From positions 28,943-92,942 of the forward strand of contig JAYSUD010000001.1 of the NCBI GenBank assembly GCA_043719295.1: 64,000 nt of DNA. The letters run 5' to 3'. Of this stretch, positions 58,812-64,000 are shown piece by piece (the first letter of the stretch is position 1; each line of letters begins with the position of its first letter). Source of the stretch: a bacterium (GTDB lineage Bacteria; Patescibacteriota; Minisyncoccia; Phycocordibacterales; UBA918). The notes under the pieces were generated by a model, which did not search any database, had not been told where the DNA came from, and saw only the letters and a program-made list of their open reading frames with translations. A program made the translations under genes and the position numbers.

Positions 58812-59846
58812 ATGATTGTAAACAGAATCGTTGAATACGTTTTCTTCTTCGGCTTTATGGCTGTTGTTGGTTATTTGGTGTGGCAAATGCTCCAGCCGTT
58901 TGTTTCAGCGTTAGCACTTTCGGCTATTATCGTCACTATATGCTATCCAATGTATGAAAAAATACAAAAGAGAATGCCGCGAAAAAACCAAACGCTCGCA
59001 GCTTTTGTAACCACACTCATTGTATTGTTTATTGTTATTATCCCAATGTTTTTCATAACATCGGTATTGGTTAATGAAGCAGTATCTGTCTACAAAGTGG
59101 TAAATGTCGAACAAGTAGGATTCGAGAGCTCATTAAGTAAAGTTGAGTTAGAAATCCAACGTTTTGTTCCCGGCTTTGATCTCAATATAACTGAGTACTT
59201 AAAACAGTCTGCTTCATGGTTTGCGTCGCACCTTGGTGATATTTTCTCTGGTACCGCTTCTACACTCTTTCTTTTCTTTATAGCTATTTTTGGTTCTTTC
59301 TACTTGTTTAGAGATGGTAAATTATTTATTAAAAGTTTAGTAAAAATTAGCCCACTTCCTGATGCACAAGATGAGGTGATTATGGAACGTCTTGCGTTGG
59401 CTATCCGTTCTGTTGCAACAGGCACGGTACTTATTGCTCTCATTCAAGGAGTCCTTACCGCATTTGGCCTTTGGCTTTTTGGTTTTGAGCGGGCAATATT
59501 GTGGGGAGTAATCGCTGCGTTTGGTGCACTTATTCCGGGGATAGGAACACTCATTGTCTTTATACCTGCAATAGCGTATTTGGCATTTTTTGGCATGTAT
59601 ACACAGGCAGTACTTCTCTCGATATGGGGAATGGTTGCAGTAGGACTTATTGATAACTTCTTGGGCCCATATCTCATCAGTCGTGGAAGTAAACTTCACC
59701 CGTTTATGATTCTCTTGGCCGTTTTAGGGGGAGTTTCTGTGTTTGGTCCTATTGGATTTATTGTTGGCCCCGTTCTCGTTAGTTTGTTTATGGTACTTCT
59801 TGAACTCTACTCACTCCACATTTCAGATCACAAAAAAAATAAATAG
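58812..59846 (+). CDS. AI-2E family (PerM/TqsA/YdiK-like) transporter
   Basis: Multi-TM; ALIPGIG, IDNFL.P, LHP...LLAVLGG...FG.IG.IVGP. Confidence 0.9.
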   Translation: MIVNRIVEYVFFFGFMAVVGYLVWQMLQPFVSALALSAIIVTICYPMYEKIQKRMPRKNQTLAAFVTTLIVLFIVIIPMFFITSVLVNEAVSVYKVVNVEQVGFESSLSKVELEIQRFVPGFDLNITEYLKQSASWFASHLGDIFSGTASTLFLFFIAIFGSFYLFRDGKLFIKSLVKISPLPDAQDEVIMERLALAIRSVATGTVLIALIQGVLTAFGLWLFGFERAILWGVIAAFGALIPGIGTLIVFIPAIAYLAFFGMYTQAVLLSIWGMVAVGLIDNFLGPYLISRGSKLHPFMILLAVLGGVSVFGPIGFIVGPVLVSLFMVLLELYSLHISDHKKNK

Positions 59847-59851
59847 TTTCT

Positions 59852-60268
59852 ATGATAGAACGAAGCCAAGTTGAACAATTTCTAAAGTTAAACGGGGTGC
59901 CTGTAACAGCACCTGACGAAGAAATAAAATCTGTACTATTGCGTGCACGATGGGGCGAGAAGGATGTTGAAACTGCACTTTTAATACTCCGGGAAAATAT
60001 TCATAGTCATGAAACTCATGTGGATTCATTGCGTAAAGTATTTCAAACTGACACTGCCTTAAAACCTGAAAACATAACTGCTCTACTTGGAATTGATGTA
60101 TTTGTATCAAAAGAGAGTATCGAAAAAAGAGGACAAAAAAGAAATCGATCAATGACTTTTTTCCAAGGGGTGCAGATGGTCTTTCTATCTTTAGTTCTAT
60201 CTGGGTTGTTTATATTTGGAGCAATGTGGTACATGCAAATTGGGCTGTTTCATATCACGATGCGCTAA
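59852..60268 (+). CDS. Hypothetical protein with C-terminal TM
   Basis: Co-oriented and tightly packed ORF; EEIKSVLL.ARW...DVE.A motif. Confidence 0.7.
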   Translation: MIERSQVEQFLKLNGVPVTAPDEEIKSVLLRARWGEKDVETALLILRENIHSHETHVDSLRKVFQTDTALKPENITALLGIDVFVSKESIEKRGQKRNRSMTFFQGVQMVFLSLVLSGLFIFGAMWYMQIGLFHITMR

Positions 60269-60277
60269 ATTTTTTAT

Positions 60278-61348
60278 ATGAAAAAACAAAATTTTTTCTA
60301 TGCGTTAGTAAGTGTGTGCTGTATTTTTGTCGTTCTCTTTCCTCTGTTTCTTCATAATGGACATATTGAACAAGTGGAAGGAGAAGAAAGTTTGGCTCAT
60401 AGCAAATCACTTGTCCAAAAGTTGCTAGCAACTGATACAAAAGACACTAAAACCGGAATCGCGTTTACAGGTGACATAATGCTTGCTCGCAATGTTGAAA
60501 ACCTTATGACCGCATATGGGTCTTCGTACCCCTTGTTAGGACTTCAAAAACACAGTGACGATATGTATCTTGTTGGAAATTTTGAATCTGCAATTCCTGT
60601 AACGCATGCGCACACTCCAAGTATGGGATTTTCATTTTCAACAAAAAAAGAAAATCTTGAAGGATTGAAGCAATATGGATTTACACACATGGGAGTTGCA
60701 AACAATCATTCATATGATTTCGGACAAGATGACTTCTTGCATACAAAAAAAATACTTGAAGAGTCGGAATTGCATCCCTTTGGAGATCAGCGAAACTTAG
60801 CTTCAAGTACAGTACAGTTTGTAGAGGTTGAGGGAGAGACCGTTGCACTTGTGGGGGTATTTGCCGTTGATGTTGGACCTACTAAAGCTGATATTTCAAA
60901 ACTTTTTAAAAAAATCGAGACTAAAAGTACACTTCAAGTAGCATACGTACACTTTGGTACAGAATATAAGGCAACTCATTCGTATTTCCAAGAAAATCTC
61001 GCACACACACTTATTGACGCAGGGGCTGATGTGGTTATAGGGCACCATCCTCACGTTGTTCAAGATATTGAAATATACAAAAATAAAGTAATTTTCTATT
61101 CACTTGGTAACTTTATTTTTGATCAATACTTTAGTAAAGAAGTGCAAGAAGGCCTTGTTGTTGAAATGCGTGTAGAGCAAGATGATCTTGTGTTTACCCT
61201 TAAACCGGTTACGAGTATCGGTTCAAGAAGTATGCCCCGTTTTATGGCGCCGTACGAAAGAGACACATTTCTTTCTGAACTTGCAAAGAAAAGTGATACA
61301 GGGCTTGGTGTAATGATAGAAGAGGGAGTTCTACGTACAATACAGTAA
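60278..61348 (+). CDS. CapA / poly-gamma-glutamate synthesis family metallophosphatase
   Basis: GDIML.R, GNFE, ANNHSYDFG, HFGTEY, GADVVIGHHPHVVQ, YSLGNFIFDQ. Confidence 0.9.
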   Translation: MKKQNFFYALVSVCCIFVVLFPLFLHNGHIEQVEGEESLAHSKSLVQKLLATDTKDTKTGIAFTGDIMLARNVENLMTAYGSSYPLLGLQKHSDDMYLVGNFESAIPVTHAHTPSMGFSFSTKKENLEGLKQYGFTHMGVANNHSYDFGQDDFLHTKKILEESELHPFGDQRNLASSTVQFVEVEGETVALVGVFAVDVGPTKADISKLFKKIETKSTLQVAYVHFGTEYKATHSYFQENLAHTLIDAGADVVIGHHPHVVQDIEIYKNKVIFYSLGNFIFDQYFSKEVQEGLVVEMRVEQDDLVFTLKPVTSIGSRSMPRFMAPYERDTFLSELAKKSDTGLGVMIEEGVLRTIQ

Positions 61349-61405
61349 CGCATATACTTGCATTTAGCCGATACATGCGTATTATTTTGGTATTAAACTT
61401 TGAGT

Positions 61406-61942
61406 ATGATAAACAAATTTGAGATAATTGGCGTGTTCGCATGTGTAGGGACAATGGCGTTGGCACTTTTTCTTCTGCAACACAACACAAATGGCAGTAT
61501 TCTTTCTTCAGTAACAGCTGATAGCCAAATGGCAACCGTAGTTGCTGTAGATGCCAATACAAAAAATACCGACAATTTAGAAAAAACTATTAAAAATTCA
61601 ATTGATATGAAAGGTAATGTAGACGAACTTATACGTGACGATGTGGTTATTGGAAAAGGAAGCGAAGTGAAAGAAGGTGACACGGTATCAGTACACTACA
61701 TAGGAACATTACAAGACGGACAAGAGTTTGATAACTCAAACAAACGAGGTGCACCGTTTGAATTTACCGTAGGTGAAGGAAGAGTGATTAAAGGATGGGA
61801 TCAAGGAGTAATAGGAATGAAAGAAGGAGGTACACGGATTTTAGTTATACCTGCAAGTTTGGCGTATGGAGCAAATGCAATTGGACCTATCCCCGCACAG
61901 TCTACGTTAGTATTTTCTATAGAGTTACTTGTAATAAAATAA
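61406..61942 (+). CDS. FKBP-type peptidyl-prolyl cis-trans isomerase with N-terminal anchor
   Basis: VHYIGTL.DG.EFD.S, VIKGWDQG, GM.EGG.R, IPASLAYG, IP..STLVF.IELL. Confidence 0.93.
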   Translation: MINKFEIIGVFACVGTMALALFLLQHNTNGSILSSVTADSQMATVVAVDANTKNTDNLEKTIKNSIDMKGNVDELIRDDVVIGKGSEVKEGDTVSVHYIGTLQDGQEFDNSNKRGAPFEFTVGEGRVIKGWDQGVIGMKEGGTRILVIPASLAYGANAIGPIPAQSTLVFSIELLVIK

Positions 61943-62071
61943 CGCTCGGCTAGATATCACCTCGTCTGCTTTGTCGCACTGCAGAAATTTTCCTCATCGT
62001 ACTACAACGTACGCCTCGTAAAATTGCTTTGTGCTTCGCGCACCCAAGGCAATCTCTAACCAAGCTACGTT
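61941..62071 (+). repeat. Family A nested-hairpin element
   Basis: TCTGCTTTGTCGC...GAAATTTTCCTCATCGTACTACAACGTACGCCTCGTAAAATT...TTCGCGCA core with an imperfect outer IR. Confidence 0.72.
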
Positions 62072-62121
62072 GCTCTGTAATTTTGTAGACTTCAAAGTTG
62101 GTTATTTTATAAAATATTTCT

Positions 62122-63369
62122 ATGTCCTTCAAACCAGTAACATTTGAAATTGAAAAAAAGGTAAAAAACACACTTGCGCGAGCTGGTGTTATTCATACGC
62201 TCCATGGTGACATAGAAACACCTGCCTTTGTCGTTGTTGGTACAAAAGCAAGTGTAAAAAGTTTGATGCCAGAAGACTTAACACAATACGTTGGTAATCA
62301 AGTAACACTTGCCAATACATATCACCTTTTTCTACAGCCAGGTCACGAGGTTATTAAAGCTGCAGGAGGTCTCCACGCGTTTACAAACTGGCAAATGCCA
62401 ACCATGACTGACTCAGGCGGATTTCAAGTTTTTTCGCTTGGGGCTGCATTTGGTAAAGGAGTGACAAAGTTTGCTAAAGGTGAGGAAGGCGGGGAAGTTG
62501 AACTACCATCGCGCGCTGCATTAAATGTATACAGTGCGAAGTTTGCAAAAGACCATGGGAAGCTTTGTGTGATTGACGAAGAAGGAGTTACCTTTACCTC
62601 ACATCTTGATGGGTCAATGCATCGCTTTACCGCAGAACGTTCAATTGAGATTCAACATGCAATTGGAGCTGACATTATTGTGGCGTTTGACGAGTGTACG
62701 TCACCAACAGCAGAATACGAATACCAAAAAGAAGCCATGGACAGAACACACCGTTGGGCAAAACGTTCAATCATGGCACATAAACAAAATTACGAAGCAC
62801 TAAAGAAACAAGGTTTGTATGGAGTAATTCAAGGTGGACGATACTTAGACTTGCGAAAAGAAAGTGCAACAGCATTAGGCGATATGGATTTTGATGGGTA
62901 TGCAATTGGCGGTTCATTTTCAAAAGAAGATTTAGGAGAGTCACTTAAGGTTGTAAACGAGCTCCTTACTGAAGAAAAGCCTCGACACCTACTTGGTATT
63001 GGTGAACCAGAAGACATTGTGCAAGGGGTGCTCCAAGGTTGTGACACGTTTGATTGTGTTGCACCAACACGAATTGGAAGAACAGGAACAATCTACGTGA
63101 AAACAGGGAATATGATAACAACACCCTGTGGCACATTTACGTATCCTGAAACAAAAAAAATCAACTTGATGAATGAAAAGTATAAAACAGACCATAGCCC
63201 CCTTGATCCTCTAAGTGATGGATACATTGCTAAAACTTACACTAAAGCGTACGTAGCCCATCTATTCCGCGCCGGAGAGATTCAAGGCCCGCACCTTGCC
63301 TCAATCCACAACCTCAATTTTATAGTGAATTTTACTAAGGATTTGCGAGAGCAGATATTGACAAATTAG
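62122..63369 (+). CDS. tgt: tRNA-guanine transglycosylase
   Basis: ARAG.I.T.HG.IETP.F, LANTYHL, TDSGGFQVFSL, AFDECT, QGG, PRHLLG, DTFDCV.PTR, HNL. Confidence 0.95.
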   Translation: MSFKPVTFEIEKKVKNTLARAGVIHTLHGDIETPAFVVVGTKASVKSLMPEDLTQYVGNQVTLANTYHLFLQPGHEVIKAAGGLHAFTNWQMPTMTDSGGFQVFSLGAAFGKGVTKFAKGEEGGEVELPSRAALNVYSAKFAKDHGKLCVIDEEGVTFTSHLDGSMHRFTAERSIEIQHAIGADIIVAFDECTSPTAEYEYQKEAMDRTHRWAKRSIMAHKQNYEALKKQGLYGVIQGGRYLDLRKESATALGDMDFDGYAIGGSFSKEDLGESLKVVNELLTEEKPRHLLGIGEPEDIVQGVLQGCDTFDCVAPTRIGRTGTIYVKTGNMITTPCGTFTYPETKKINLMNEKYKTDHSPLDPLSDGYIAKTYTKAYVAHLFRAGEIQGPHLASIHNLNFIVNFTKDLREQILTN

Positions 63370-63442
63370 GACACTTTTAAATCCCATTGTATTATTAGTA
63401 CAAACACATTGATTCTGATGTGTTTTATTGGAGGAAAGCTGG

Positions 63443-63592
63443 ATGTTTGATTTCAATGGGTTCTTGGGGGTTGTTTGTGCAGTGGCAGCAATCAGCGTCA
63501 GTATTGATGCTGAAAAAAAGCCCACATGGCTGAATGGGCTCGCAATCATTACACTGTTGGCAATAGGGGGTTATCTGGTTTTTGGTTTATGA
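63443..63592 (+). CDS. Small 49-aa two-TM membrane protein (not in the ORF track)
   Basis: GGAGG at 63430-63434; MFDFNGFLGVVCAVAAISVSIDAEKKPTWLNGLAIITLLAIGGYLVFGL; followed by a terminator. Confidence 0.6.
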   Translation: MFDFNGFLGVVCAVAAISVSIDAEKKPTWLNGLAIITLLAIGGYLVFGL

Positions 63593-63606
63593 TCTTTGCA
63601 TAGGTT

Positions 63607-63646
63607 CGGTACAGGGCGTTGATTCGCCCCGTACCGCGCTTTTTTT
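63607..63646 (+). terminator. Intrinsic terminator
   Basis: CGGTACAGGGCG-TTGATT-CGCCCCGTACCG followed by a T-run. Confidence 0.75.
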
Positions 63647-63676
63647 ATATTAAATTTGAAGGTATACTCAAACTCT

Positions 63677-64000
63677 GTGAAATTTGAAATCTCAACTGAA
63701 AAAACTCCGGCGGGAGACCAACCGAAGGCGATTGAAAAATTGCTTAAGGGGATTAATGCGGGAATGCAGCATCAGACGCTTCTTGGTGTTACGGGGTCTG
63801 GAAAAACCTTTACTGCGGCCAACATCATTCAAGCGGTTCAAAAGCCGACGCTTGTAATTGCGCATAACAAAACGCTTGCGGCGCAACTCGCGCAAGAGTA
63901 CAAAGATTTTTTTCCTTTAAACGAAGTGCATTACTTTGTCTCGTATTACGACTACTACCAACCTGAGGCGTACATGTCGGCGTCTGACACGTACATTGAA
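63677..64000 (+). CDS. uvrB: Excinuclease ABC subunit B (5' part, runs off the window)
   Basis: GTG start; [46 protein letters not shown]. Confidence 0.96.
   Translation, partial: MKFEISTEKTPAGDQPKAIEKLLKGINAGMQHQTLLGVTGSGKTFTAANIIQAVQKPTLVIAHNKTLAAQLAQEYKDFFPLNEVHYFVSYYDYYQPEAYMSASDTYIE

Noticed and set aside
7453-62071. Integron attC sites (family A hairpins after stop codons)
   Set aside because: No integrase. Most copies lack RYYYAAC/GTTRRRY ends, one is reversed, and they follow housekeeping genes such as FKBP.
1-64000. Alternative genetic code (TGA recoded)
   Set aside because: Genes including a 16.9-kb ORF are intact under code 11, and conserved proteins such as UmuC end at TGA where expected.

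Overview
AT-rich bacterial DNA using the standard code (TGA is a stop). The gene content (cohesin/dockerin surface proteins, TrpR/YerC-like gene, apparently leaderless genes, Thr/Ser-rich secreted proteins) suggests a Patescibacteria/CPR (Parcubacteria-like) chromosome; this is inference. Left end: 3' end of a DUF3750-like gene, then umuD and umuC separated by a Y1/REP-associated tyrosine transposase carrying four copies of a 25-bp hairpin. About 55 kb (3.1-57.7 kb) is an almost entirely co-oriented cell-envelope locus. It holds paralogous secreted subunits with WxL-like C-termini, four DUF916/WxLIP-like membrane partners, four cohesin and three dockerin proteins without catalytic domains, two FGE-sulfatase/CLec-fold proteins, Hsp20, FN3 and beta-propeller proteins, a MacB/FtsX-type ABC system, a 5628-aa giant with three tandem phage tail-collar/HxH modules and a 2063-aa giant. 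Several promoters share a DnaA-box-like 9-mer exactly 27 nt upstream of the -10 hexamer. Intergenic spaces hold three families of short covarying hairpin repeats (A, B, C), with C nested inside B. Right end: Cys-less TlpA-like protein, AI-2E transporter, CapA, FKBP, a TGT lacking its Zn-binding cysteines, an unannotated 49-aa membrane protein and the start of uvrB. All domain calls are by eye from motifs; no database search was run.
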